DNA of 64,000 nucleotides from an uncultured Candidatus Binatia bacterium (lineage in GTDB: Bacteria > Desulfobacterota > Binatia > UBA9968 > JAJDTQ01): NCBI GenBank assembly GCA_965242525.1, contig OZ251459.1, positions 1,600,001 to 1,664,000 of the forward strand. Reading direction: 5' to 3'. Under the pieces are notes generated by a model that saw only the letters and a list, made by a program, of their open reading frames with translations, did not search any database and had not been told where the DNA came from. Made by a program: the position numbers and the translations under genes. Positions within the stretch are counted from its first letter, which is position 1. Each line of letters opens with the position of its first letter. Shown here one piece after another: positions 25,086 through 34,809 of the stretch.

Positions 25086-25844
25086 TCAGGAGCGGAGGCG
25101 CGCCCGGCTTCCGCGCGCGCCGTACTTGGCCACGAGGGGGAACAGGTCGTAAACGATCCTGGCCTGGGGGCAGTGGCGCCGCACCTCCGGTTCGTAGGCG
25201 CTGTTCATGTCCATGGCCACCGCCTCGATGGCCTTGCAGCCGTCGGCGCCCAGGCTCTCGAAGAACGGCCGCACGTCTTCGCGGCTGCGCCCCTTGCCCA
25301 CCCACAACACGCGCCGGGTCACCGCATCGGTAATCACCGTGGCCAGCTTCTGCACGGTTTGCAGCGCGAACTCGTCCATCACCAGCCGGGTCACCCCGCG
25401 CAAGTCCATGGGCCCCACCGCGCGCTGCAGGTACCCCCTGTCCAAGTCCCTCACCGCGTCCCACCCCAGCCGGTAGTGCTGCGCCACCTGCTTGATGGTC
25501 ATCACCGTGCACAAATGCGCCACGTTGTCGGCCAGCCGTTGCGTCACCCGCGCATAGCGGGCCAGCCAGCTCAACCGTTCCAGCTTGGGACCGCACCGCG
25601 GACACGCCAGCCGCCGACGCCGCAGCACCAGGGTCGTGGGCGCGTCGAAGATGGGCAGGTCGCGCACCCGACGCCGCTCGTACCCGTGGACGGCCGCCAC
25701 TTCCCGGCCGCAGCCGACGCAGACCCCGGGCCGTCCCGCCACCGGGTCGAGGTCGATCTCGACCATGCCGCGGTTGCGCCTGGCCGCCACCGCTTCGTAG
25801 CCTTCCCAGTCTCCGAGAACTTCGTCGATTCCGATCTTCGCCAA
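25086..25844 (-). mobile_element. ISL3-family transposase, C-terminally truncated remnant
   Basis: Zinc finger CxxC...RRVRDLP...RRLACPRCG, MDEFA and AMDMNSAY...IVYDLF; only 252 aa. Confidence 0.85.
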
Positions 25845-25931
25845 GCCGTCTCCTCCCGTGGTCCGTGGCCGCCGTCCGACCCTTCCCGGTCTGGCCGCCC
25901 CTTGCCAGTCTAGCGGCCCTTCCGCGGCCCA

Positions 25932-28900
25932 TCAACCCGCGGACGGCAGCGGGAGCGAGCCGCCTTCCGCGGGGGGCGGCGCCGCGTCCCCGGCGGGAGG
26001 GGCCGCGGCCACTTTCTCCGTCAGTCCGAGGTCGTCGAGGATGGCGTACAGCGCCGGCACCAGGAACAGGATCTGGAAGGTGGACGCGGCGAGGCCGAAG
26101 GCGAGGCTCGCCACCAGGGGCACGAGGACCTGGGCCTGGAGGCTCGTCTCCATGAGCAGGGGCAGCACCCCCGCCACCGTGGTGAGCGAAGTGAGCAGGA
26201 TCGCGCGAAAGCGCTGCCGGGCCGCCCGGCGCGCGCCCTGGGCCGCGGACTCCCCGCGGCGCCGGTGGAGCTTGATGAACGCCACCAGCACGATGGCGTT
26301 GTTGACCACCACCCCGGCCAGGGAGACGAACCCCACGACGCTGGGCATGGAAAGCTCCAGGCCCATGGCAAGGTGGCCCGCCACCACCCCCACCAGGCCC
26401 ACGGGGATGGAAGCCATCACCACCAGGGGCTCCACGTAGCTGCGGAACTGGAAGCTCAGCAACAGGTAGATGGCGGCGAGACCCACCAGGAAGTTCCGCG
26501 CCAGCGAGGCCCCGAGGGTGGACCCCTCCCTGGCCGAGCCGCCGAACTCCACGGTGACCTCCGGGTACCGGGCCGCCAACTCGGGCAGCAGCCGGGCTTG
26601 GGTGTCGGCGACCACCTCGCTGGCGTTGGCCACCTGCGGGTCCAGGTTGCCCTCCACCCGCACCGCCCGGCGCCCGTCGATGCGGCGGATGCGCGCATAG
26701 CCGCGGCCCGGCTCCAGGACCGCCACCGCGTGGAGGGGCGCCTGCCCGCCGTCCGGGAGGGTGATCGTGAACTGGGTCAGGTCGGCCAGGCTGTCCCGGT
26801 CCGGTCCGGTGAGGCGGACGTTGACCTCGTAGTCTTCCGGACCCACCTGCATGGTTCCCGCGTTGCGGCCGTGGAAGGCCGCCCGCAGTTGCCGCGCCAC
26901 CGTGGCCGCGTCGAGCCCCAGGGCCAGCGCGCCCTCGCGCAGGCGCAGACGCATCTCCGGCTTGCCCGGACGCAGGTCGTCGGTCAGGTCGAACACGCCG
27001 CGGTAGTTGCCGAGCCACTGGCGGATCTCGGTGGACGCGGCCTTGAGCTTTTCCAGCTCGCCGCCCGCCAAGCGGACGCTGATGGCCTTTCCGCCGGGGC
27101 CCACCTGGTCCTGGGTGAAGTTCAGCGAGACCACGTCCGGGAGGTCCCCCACCTCCGTCCGCCACCGGCCCACTACGTCGTCCAGCAACACGCGGCGGGC
27201 CTCGGAGTCGATCAGGTCCACGACCACGGTGGCCACATGGGCGCCGGACTCGCCGGCGTCCGGGTTCCGGTTGAACTGGACCACGACGTTCCGCACCAGC
27301 CTCCGGCCGTCGGCCCGGCCCGCGGACAACTCATCATCTACTTTCCGGACCGCCTCCACCACATGCCCGACCACCGCCTCGGTGCGCGCCAGGGGCGTCC
27401 CCGGGGGCAACAGCAACCGGGCCTCCATCGTGTTGCCCTCGAGGGTGGGGAAGACCCGGAACTTGAGCATGCCCGCGGCCAGCGTGGACGCGGCCACGAA
27501 GAACAGGGCCGCGATGACCGCGCACGCGAGGTAGCGCGACTGGACCGCGGCATCCACGCACCGCCCCACGCATGCTTCGGTGAAACGCCCCAGGCCCGCG
27601 TCGAACCGCGCCCGGAGTCCCCGGGCCGCCGAACCCTCGCGGGCGCGCAGGGTCCCCATCAGGTGGTGGGGAAGGATCAGGAACGCCTCCACCAGGCTCA
27701 ACGACAAGGTGAGGATCAGGATCACCGGCAGCACCGCCAGTATGGTCCCGAGGTTCCCCCGGAGGAACGCGAGCGCTCCGAACACCGCGAGGGTGGTGAG
27801 GTACGAGGCGAGCACCCCCGGGGCCACCTCCCGGGCGCCTTCCACCGCGGCCTCCAGGGGAGGGCGTCCCGCGGCGTGGTGGCGCGCGATGTTCTCCGAG
27901 ATCACGATGGCGTCGTCCATCATCAGGCCCACCGCGATCATCAGGCCCACCATGGTGACCATGTCGAAGGAGTAGCCGGTCATGGCCATGGCCGCGATGG
28001 TCCCCATGAAGGCCACCGGCAGCCCCGCGGCCACCCAGAACGAGTAGCGCAGGCCGAAGAACAGCCACATGACCAGGAGCACGAGGCCCAGCCCCTGGAC
28101 TCCGTTGCGCAGCAGCATGGTCAGGCGGTCCCGCACCACCGAGGCCACGTCGCGGGTGACGTCCAGGACCACGCCCGGGGGCGCCCGCTGGCGCTCCTCC
28201 TCGACCCATGCGGTGATGGCGTCGAAGACCTCCAGCAGGTCGTCGCCCTTCCCCTTCTCCACCCCCAGGAAGGCGGTGCGCTGGCCGTTGAAGAAGTCCT
28301 TGGCCTCGTCCTTCTCGAAGCGGTCGGTGACGACCGCGATGTCGCCGAGCCGGACCGCGGCGCCGCTCTCCGACGCCACCACCACCAGGTCTTCGAACTC
28401 CCGGGAGTCCCGGCGTTCGTCGTCGAACCGGACCAGCACCGTGGCGTCCCGGGTCTCCACCGCGCCCGCGGGCAGTTTCAGGCTCTGGGACGCCACCGCG
28501 TTGGCCAGGTCCCGGACGCCGAGCCCGAACTGGCGCAGGGTGGACGCCGGCGCCTCGATGCGGATCTGGCGTTGGGAAAAGCCCTCCACGCTCACCCGGG
28601 CGACTCCGGGAACGCCCAGCAGGCCGCGTTTCATGCGCTCCGCATAGGCCTTCAGGCTCCGGGGATCCATGGGGCCCGCCACCGCGATGGCCGCCACCAA
28701 GTCCGAAGGCTGGCGCAGGCGCACCAGCGGGGTCTCCACGTCGTCGGGAAAGTCGTCGATGGCGGCCACCTGGGTCTTCACGTCGTCGAGGAAGCGGTCG
28801 AGGTCGCCGCCGTCGCGCATCTTCAGGACCGCGGAAGCCAGGCTCTCACGGGCCTCGCAGTCGGTTTCGTCCAGGTCGTCGATGCTGCTGACCGCTTCCT

Positions 28901-29096
28901 CCACACGCTGGCACAGGGCCTCTTCCACCTCCTGGGCCGCTGCGCCCGGGAAGGGGATGCTGACTTGCACCGAGTTCGGGGGGATCTCCGGAAACGTCTG
29001 GCGCTTCACCGCAGGCGCGAACACGAACCCCACCGCCAGAAAGGCGAGCATCAGCAGGTTGGCGGCCGTGGGATGGCCGGCGAAGAAACGGATCAT
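25932..29096 (-). CDS. RND efflux permease (AcrB/AcrD/AcrF family)
   Basis: HPTAANLLM, GLMMDDAIVISENI, GVVVNNAIV and RFRAILLTSLTT motifs. Confidence 0.95.
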   Translation of the reverse strand: MIRFFAGHPTAANLLMLAFLAVGFVFAPAVKRQTFPEIPPNSVQVSIPFPGAAAQEVEEALCQRVEEAVSSIDDLDETDCEARESLASAVLKMRDGGDLDRFLDDVKTQVAAIDDFPDDVETPLVRLRQPSDLVAAIAVAGPMDPRSLKAYAERMKRGLLGVPGVARVSVEGFSQRQIRIEAPASTLRQFGLGVRDLANAVASQSLKLPAGAVETRDATVLVRFDDERRDSREFEDLVVVASESGAAVRLGDIAVVTDRFEKDEAKDFFNGQRTAFLGVEKGKGDDLLEVFDAITAWVEEERQRAPPGVVLDVTRDVASVVRDRLTMLLRNGVQGLGLVLLVMWLFFGLRYSFWVAAGLPVAFMGTIAAMAMTGYSFDMVTMVGLMIAVGLMMDDAIVISENIARHHAAGRPPLEAAVEGAREVAPGVLASYLTTLAVFGALAFLRGNLGTILAVLPVILILTLSLSLVEAFLILPHHLMGTLRAREGSAARGLRARFDAGLGRFTEACVGRCVDAAVQSRYLACAVIAALFFVAASTLAAGMLKFRVFPTLEGNTMEARLLLPPGTPLARTEAVVGHVVEAVRKVDDELSAGRADGRRLVRNVVVQFNRNPDAGESGAHVATVVVDLIDSEARRVLLDDVVGRWRTEVGDLPDVVSLNFTQDQVGPGGKAISVRLAGGELEKLKAASTEIRQWLGNYRGVFDLTDDLRPGKPEMRLRLREGALALGLDAATVARQLRAAFHGRNAGTMQVGPEDYEVNVRLTGPDRDSLADLTQFTITLPDGGQAPLHAVAVLEPGRGYARIRRIDGRRAVRVEGNLDPQVANASEVVADTQARLLPELAARYPEVTVEFGGSAREGSTLGASLARNFLVGLAAIYLLLSFQFRSYVEPLVVMASIPVGLVGVVAGHLAMGLELSMPSVVGFVSLAGVVVNNAIVLVAFIKLHRRRGESAAQGARRAARQRFRAILLTSLTTVAGVLPLLMETSLQAQVLVPLVASLAFGLAASTFQILFLVPALYAILDDLGLTEKVAAAPPAGDAAPPPAEGGSLPLPSAG

Positions 29097-29103
29097 CGGA
29101 GGT

Positions 29104-30465
29104 TCACCGGACCGGGGTCGCCCCCACCGCCTCGGCCACGAGGCTCTCCGCGGCGTCCCGGTCCACCACCGGACGCACCCGCATGCCCTCCACCGCGAAC
29201 GGCAGGTCCGAGACCACCACGCGTTCCCCGGGCGCAACCCCCGACCGGACCACCACGAAATTGCTCTGGGCGAACTGCGTCTCCACCTCGCGCCCGTTCA
29301 GGCGGTCGTCGGGGCCGGCCACGTAAACCCGTTTGCCGTCCAGGGCGGCGCGCGGGACCACCACCGCCCTGGGCCGGGGCGGCCCCCGCAGCTCCACTTC
29401 CACGTACATGTTCTTGACCAGGGGCGGTCTCCCGCCCGACTCCGCCTGCCGGTAGGGATGGTCCACCGCCACGATGACCCCGACCGTGCGGGTGCGCGGG
29501 TCCACCGTGTCGCTCATCCGAAGGAAGCGGGCGGGCCACTCCACCGCCACGTCTCCGGTGCGCAGACGCACCACCGCCTCGACGTCCGTGACGCCGCGCA
29601 GCCGCGGCATGGCCGCGCCCGGTCCCGCGGGAGTCCCGACCTCCGGGGGCAGCAGCGTCAGCATCTTGTCCATGGGCGCCTGGGCGATGACTTCGGCCGC
29701 GTCGAGGCCGTCCGCCTCCACCAGGACCTGGCCCCTGGCGGCGAACTGGGAGAGCTCCACGTGGACCGCGGCGATCCGGCAGGTGAAGGGAGCGACGATG
29801 CTGGTGCGGGCCAAGTCCCGCCGCGCCGTCTCCAACTGGGCCTTGAGCCGGTCCCGCGCGGCTTCCTGCACCGAGCGCTCCGCGGGGAGCAGCCTCATGG
29901 CGTTGCGCAGGTTCTGCAGCGCCTGCTCACCGGCGAGCACCGAACGCTCTTCCTGCTCCACCTCCGACTGGGAGATGGCGCCCCGGCGCAGCAGCTCCCG
30001 CTTGCGCTCCAGTTGCTTGCGGCCCAGGTCCAGGCGCCGCTCTTCGATGGCCAGGGACCCTTCCGTGTTGCGCGCCCTCACGTCCAGCACCCGGACCTGG
30101 GCCTCCACCGAGCGGATGTTGGCCTCGATCTGGGCCACCGACAGGCGGTAGTCGGCCGGGTCGATGCGCAACAGCTCCGTCCCTTTCCGGAGGATGGCGC
30201 CTTTCCGGAGCTCCGGGTGCCGATACACGACGGCGCCGCCCACCTGCCCCACCGCCTCCCAGACCCTGCCGGGCTTGACGTTGCCGTAGCCCAGGACCCG
30301 GGGCACCACGTCCACCGCGGGCGCCTCCACCACGCGCACCGGAGTGACCCGTTCTTCCAGCGGGACGCGCTTGGGGGCCTCCCGCGGCTTCATCAGGATC
30401 AGGGCCGCCAACCCGCCCAGGGTGACGAGCAGCAGGACGAGGATCTTCCTTGCGTGTCGGAGCAT
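29104..30465 (-). CDS. RND periplasmic adaptor (MFP)
   Basis: N-terminal TM, LLRIDPADY, coiled coil, IVAPF and VDPRTRT. Confidence 0.92.
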   Translation of the reverse strand: MLRHARKILVLLLVTLGGLAALILMKPREAPKRVPLEERVTPVRVVEAPAVDVVPRVLGYGNVKPGRVWEAVGQVGGAVVYRHPELRKGAILRKGTELLRIDPADYRLSVAQIEANIRSVEAQVRVLDVRARNTEGSLAIEERRLDLGRKQLERKRELLRRGAISQSEVEQEERSVLAGEQALQNLRNAMRLLPAERSVQEAARDRLKAQLETARRDLARTSIVAPFTCRIAAVHVELSQFAARGQVLVEADGLDAAEVIAQAPMDKMLTLLPPEVGTPAGPGAAMPRLRGVTDVEAVVRLRTGDVAVEWPARFLRMSDTVDPRTRTVGVIVAVDHPYRQAESGGRPPLVKNMYVEVELRGPPRPRAVVVPRAALDGKRVYVAGPDDRLNGREVETQFAQSNFVVVRSGVAPGERVVVSDLPFAVEGMRVRPVVDRDAAESLVAEAVGATPVR

Positions 30466-30650
30466 GGTTCCGTGAAGGAACGGATACTATGCGAAAGAGG
30501 GTGTGGCAAGGAATACCCACCTTTCCAGACGCCCGATCCGACGGGAGGGCCTGCACTCCGCCGCGGAGAGGGGGCGGCGCAAGCCGTTGCCATGAGCCGC
30601 GTTTGGCGGTACAGATGTTCCTTGATGACCCCTCCCGGAAAGGACGAGCC

Positions 30651-30875
30651 ATGCCGGACACTGTGCTGATCTTCGGCCACGACCTCTGACCCTATACTTC
30701 GAGTGCCCGGAGGGACTACTCGGACCGAAACGTCCCCGTCGAGTACGTCAACGTGCTGGACGACGAGGACGGCCTGCAGCGCATGCTGGAGCTGAACCCC
30801 GGCAGCCGCGAGATCCCGGTGGTGGTCGAGGGAGGCAGGGTCACCGTGGGCTTCGGCGGGAGTTGAACGGTGTAG
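30651..30875 (+). CDS. Glutaredoxin-like selenoprotein with two in-frame TGA (UXX-star type), 74 aa
   Basis: MPDTVLIFGHDL-U-PYTSSARRDY...VEYVNV...REIPVVVEGGRVTVGFGGS-U-TV-TAG. AGGA RBS. TGA 30687 sits at the redox CPYT position and TGA 30864 three residues from the end; a hairpin follows each. Confidence 0.8.
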
Positions 30876-30949
30876 CGGCCGAGGTCCTCGGCCCGACCCC
30901 CCCTTCCCCGTCGAACGTCCCCGTCGGACGAACCATTGCGGAGGACGCC

Positions 30950-31912
30950 ATGATCAAGCACGTGGTCCTCGTGAAGCTCAAGGCAGACGCGTCCCGGGAG
31001 CAGATCGACCGGATGCTGGAAGGCTACGACTCCATGAAGGACGCCATACCGGACCTGCTGGGCTGGTCCATGGGACCCAACCGGCGGCGGGACGGGGAGT
31101 TCGACTACGCCATGGTGGCGGTGGTGGAGGACGAGGAGAGCCTCCGGCGCTACGTGGAACACCCTCTCCACCGGCAGGTGGCCCGGGATCTCGGGCGGCC
31201 CATATTCGAGAAGCGGGAGATCGCCGACTACGAGTTCGACCCCGAAGCCGAGCTGTGGGAGCCCCAGGTGCAGGAGGTGTGGACCGAGCTCGCGGACATG
31301 GTGCGGCCCGAGCACACCGCGCTGGTGGTGGTGGACGTGCAGAACGACTTCTGCGCCCCCGGGGGCGCGCGCATGAAGGGCGACCTGAGCTTCGTGGAGG
31401 CCATGCGCGAACCCCTGCGGCAGATGGTGGAAGCGGCCCGGGCCGCGGGGACGCCGGTGGTCTATACCCAGACCTCCAACGACGAGGAGCACGACAACGG
31501 ACCCATCCTCGCCCGGCGCGCCCGGGTGGGGCTGGCCAACGCCAAGTACACGGTGCCGGGCACACCGGGTTGGGACGTCTGCGATTTCGTAGCCCCGGCA
31601 CCGGGGGACGTCACCATCAAGAAGTGGCACCACAGCGGCTTCACCAACCCCAAGATGGACGCCGCCCTGGGACGCCTGGGGGTCAAGACCCTGCTGTTCA
31701 CCGGCGCCGCCACCAACGGGTGCGTCGAGGCCACGGTCCGGGACGCTTTCGCACGGGGCTACTACAACGTGGTGCTGGAGGACTGCGTGGCGGCTTACGA
31801 CGCGGACTTGCAGCGCTACTCGCTCAAGAACATGGCCACCCACTTCGCCCTGGTCAGCACAAGCCGCGAGGTCCAGCGCGCGTGGGCGGAACGGGGAACG
31901 CTGGCGGGATAG
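30950..31912 (+). CDS. Dabb (stress-responsive alpha/beta barrel) domain fused to an isochorismatase-family cysteine hydrolase
   Basis: MIKHVVLVKLK...YVEHPLH (Dabb), then TALVVVDVQNDF, K...SGF and TGAATNGCVEATVRDA. Confidence 0.85.
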   Translation: MIKHVVLVKLKADASREQIDRMLEGYDSMKDAIPDLLGWSMGPNRRRDGEFDYAMVAVVEDEESLRRYVEHPLHRQVARDLGRPIFEKREIADYEFDPEAELWEPQVQEVWTELADMVRPEHTALVVVDVQNDFCAPGGARMKGDLSFVEAMREPLRQMVEAARAAGTPVVYTQTSNDEEHDNGPILARRARVGLANAKYTVPGTPGWDVCDFVAPAPGDVTIKKWHHSGFTNPKMDAALGRLGVKTLLFTGAATNGCVEATVRDAFARGYYNVVLEDCVAAYDADLQRYSLKNMATHFALVSTSREVQRAWAERGTLAG

Positions 31913-31974
31913 CGCGGACGGGTCCGGGACCGCCCGCGCAGGGAACCGGAAGGCCGGAACACACGGAGGACGCC

Positions 31975-32805
31975 ATGGCCACAGCCGCAGCCGAGAACCT
32001 CGAAGACGTCGTCGAAGCGAGTTTCCACTACCTGGTCCACACCGGGCCGAAACCCGTGACCGACTCCAGCCGGCCCGGCTTCCTGCAGCCCCGGCACACG
32101 GGCGAGTACGAGACCCGGCGGGCGCCGGTGCGGAACGCCCGGCAGGTCCCGGACATCGCCATGGAGCGCCAGGGCTTCGTGCTGAGGCCCCAACCCACGA
32201 AGATGACCGACTTCTACGACGAGGACGAGTTGCGGTCCGTGTACTATCCCGAGGTGGAGGCCCTGGTCCGGGAGACCACCGGGGCCTCGCGGGTGCTGAT
32301 CTTCGACCACACCCTGCGTTCCGGGCGCCAGGAGACTCAAGAGGAAAAGGGCATCCGGGGTCCGGTTCGGCGGGTCCACAACGACTACACCGAGTGGTCT
32401 GGACCGCAACGGGTGCGGGACCTGTTGCCGGAGGAGGCGGAAGCGCTGCTGCGGCGCCGCTTCGCGGTCATCCAGGTCTGGCGCGGCATGCTCACCCCGG
32501 TGGTGCGGTCGCCCCTGGCCCTGTGCGACGCCCGCAGCGTCGCCCCAAAGGACCTGATCCCCACCGAGCGGCGGCACCCCGACCGGGTGGGCGAGACCTA
32601 CCACGTCACCTACGACCCCGGGCACCGCTGGCACTACTACCCCGAGATGCAGCCTGACGAAGCCCTGGTGTTCAAGTGCTACGACTCGGAGCGGGACGGA
32701 CGCGCGCGCTTCACCCCCCACTCAGCCTTCGACCACCCCGACGCCCCCGCGGACGCGCCGCCCCGGGAAAGCATCGAGACCAGGACCCTGGCCTTCTTCG
32801 GGTAA
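31975..32805 (+). CDS. CmcJ/NvfI/AsaB-like oxidoreductase
   Basis: YYPEVEALV...FDHTLR, VHNDYT, PLALCDARS and TPHSAF...RESIETR; GGAGG RBS. Confidence 0.85.
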   Translation: MATAAAENLEDVVEASFHYLVHTGPKPVTDSSRPGFLQPRHTGEYETRRAPVRNARQVPDIAMERQGFVLRPQPTKMTDFYDEDELRSVYYPEVEALVRETTGASRVLIFDHTLRSGRQETQEEKGIRGPVRRVHNDYTEWSGPQRVRDLLPEEAEALLRRRFAVIQVWRGMLTPVVRSPLALCDARSVAPKDLIPTERRHPDRVGETYHVTYDPGHRWHYYPEMQPDEALVFKCYDSERDGRARFTPHSAFDHPDAPADAPPRESIETRTLAFFG

Positions 32806-33059
32806 CCGGGCAACCGGGAGACGGTCCCAGGCCGTGCGGCCGCCCCCGGGCGCGTATGGATTGCGTCGTGGGTCCCCTGCGCCGTGCGGCCGCCGGCGGT
32901 GCGGCGCCCCAAGCCGTCTTCCCTGGGGCTTCCTTTCGTCGCACCAACGTGCAGCCGCTGGCGGTGCAGCCGCCTCAAGCCGCCGGAAACCGGGCCCCGG
33001 CTGCAGGACCGCGGCGAGCCGCGCAGCGGCCGCACCTTCCGCGCTCCCCAGCCCCGGTC

Positions 33060-33473
33060 CTAGCCTTCGTCGAACCCGCGGCGGAAGCGGCGGCGCCAGT
33101 AGGCGTCCAGGGCCTCGTACAGGCCCGGGTCGGCCTTCCTGTTCTTGACGAACCAGTCCGCCAGGATGTCGATGCTGTGATCCATGTCCAGCACCGGATT
33201 GGCGGCGAACAGCACCATCCCGGACAGGGCCTTGCGGCTGGCATTCTTCTCCAGCGCGTTGCCCAGCGCCGCCAGGAACACCTCCCGCTCGCTGCCCCGG
33301 AGCCCATGGTAGAGGCTCAGCAGCACCGAAGCGGCGCCGTAGCTCTCCACGTCCCTGGCCGTCTCCGGGTCGATCCCCAAGGCGATGCGGACGATGAGCC
33401 TCTCGTAGCCCCTTATGTCGTAGTAGTCGTACAGACCCGCTGACCCTCTACCGCTTCGGACCGCGCTCGACAC
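33060..33473 (-). CDS. Hypothetical protein, probably 5'-truncated by the adjacent repeat cluster
   Basis: Protein-like composition with GC3 bias; no RBS; abuts repeats at 33474. Confidence 0.4.
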   Translation of the reverse strand: MSSAVRSGRGSAGLYDYYDIRGYERLIVRIALGIDPETARDVESYGAASVLLSLYHGLRGSEREVFLAALGNALEKNASRKALSGMVLFAANPVLDMDHSIDILADWFVKNRKADPGLYEALDAYWRRRFRRGFDEG

Positions 33474-33848
33474 GAACTCCCCGTGGGAAAGCGCGTCCTT
33501 CGACTTCGCTACGCTACGCTCAGGACGAACGGGGTTCGTTGTTCCGAGGTTCCCTCGAACGGGAACAGGTTGCGAGAGTTTCCTTTGGAACCTCTGAACA
33601 ATCGAGACATCCGGGATGGATTCTCGATTCCCTCACCCTGACGCGCCTATCCCGTTCGTCCTGAGCGTAGCGAAGTCGAAGGACGCTCTCTCCCGATTGT
33701 TCAGAGGTTCCCTTTATCTGTAGGAATGTCGAACGATCAAGACAGGGAGGGTGGATTCCCTCGCCCTGACCCTCCTATCCCGTTCGTCCTGAGCGTAGCG
33801 AAGCGAAGTCGAAGGACGCGCTCTTCCTCTGGAATTGTCCAGAGTTTC
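33474..33848. mobile_element. Cluster of three MITE-family copies; intact copy 33587-33711 has a CTTT TSD
   Basis: GGAACCTCTGAACAATCG...CGATTGTTCAGAGGTTCC flanked by CTTT/CTTT; degenerate copies at ~33474-33553 and 33723-33848. Confidence 0.85.
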
Positions 33849-33868
33849 TGTTAGATAGTAGCATTGAT

Positions 33869-34207
33869 ATGGTGGTTCCACGCATGGAGTACGAGGCGCT
33901 GCGCGAGGCCACTGATGAGGATGTCGGTGACGCCGACCTGGTCCGCCGCATGCTCGACGACCCCGAGGAGGAACTGGCGCCCTTGGAGTTGAGCGAGCGG
34001 ATCGCCCAGGGCGAGCACCCGGTTCGGGTCTGGCGTGAGCACCGGGGAATGAAGGCCGGCATCCTCGCCAGACGAGCCGGAGTCGCAGCCTCCTACCTGT
34101 CCGACATCGAGCACGGGAAGAAACCGGGCTCGGCCAAGACCCTCGCCGCCATCGCCCGAGCGCTGGACGTTGACCTGGACGAAATCGTCCGATCCGACGT
34201 CTCCTGA
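33869..34207 (+). CDS. XRE-family HTH protein (HigA-like antitoxin/regulator)
   Basis: GEHPVRVWREHRGM...LARRAGVAASYLSDIEHGKKPGS. Confidence 0.8.
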   Translation: MVVPRMEYEALREATDEDVGDADLVRRMLDDPEEELAPLELSERIAQGEHPVRVWREHRGMKAGILARRAGVAASYLSDIEHGKKPGSAKTLAAIARALDVDLDEIVRSDVS

Positions 34208-34298
34208 CTTCCCGCCTTTCCCGCGCTTTCGCCCGAACGGACAGACGGCCGACACGGTTGAGGCGGTCCATGTAGAGGCCCCATCCTCACAGCCTCGC

Positions 34299-34770
34299 CG
34301 TCATTCCCCACAGACGCCCACCCCTCGTCATTTCGGCAAGCGCTTACCCCGTCATTCCCGCGAAAGCGGGAATCCATCCGGTTTCGTCGCTCTCGTTGTA
34401 CAAACCTCTCCAGGTCGGATTACCCTTCTCGATCCACTCGATCTTCCTTGCCCGCTTCCATTTCCTGACCGCCTTTCTCTCCGGGTAGCGCTTTCCATGG
34501 GTTCAGGAACCTCGTATCCAACCAACAGGTGCACAGATGGATGGATTCCCGCTTTCGCGGGAATGACGGCATGGGTTTTCACAGGAGGAACCTCTGAACA
34601 ATCGAGACATCCGGGATGGATTCCTTCACCCTGACCCCTATATCCGTTCGTCCTGAGCGTAGCGAAGCGGAGTCGAAGGACGCGCTCATGCCCTCTATCC
34701 CGATTGTTCAGAGGCTCCTCCCGTCATTCCCGCGAAAGCATGTCCTCGCGGAAGCGGGGACGGGAATCCA
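34299..34770. repeat. Composite repeat copy 1: REP palindromes, GIY-YIG remnant and MITE (34587-34718)
   Basis: Closely matches 38431-38872 in direct orientation. Confidence 0.85.
34388..34534 (-). pseudogene. C-terminal fragment of a GIY-YIG (UPF0213-like) nuclease
   Basis: With one frameshift it reads VHLLVGYEVPEPMESATRRE/AVRKWKRARKIEWIEKGNPTWRGLYNES. Confidence 0.7.
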
Positions 34771-34809
34771 TCTGCCTTCGATCTTTGCCACGGGATCGGT
34801 TCCCGTCGC

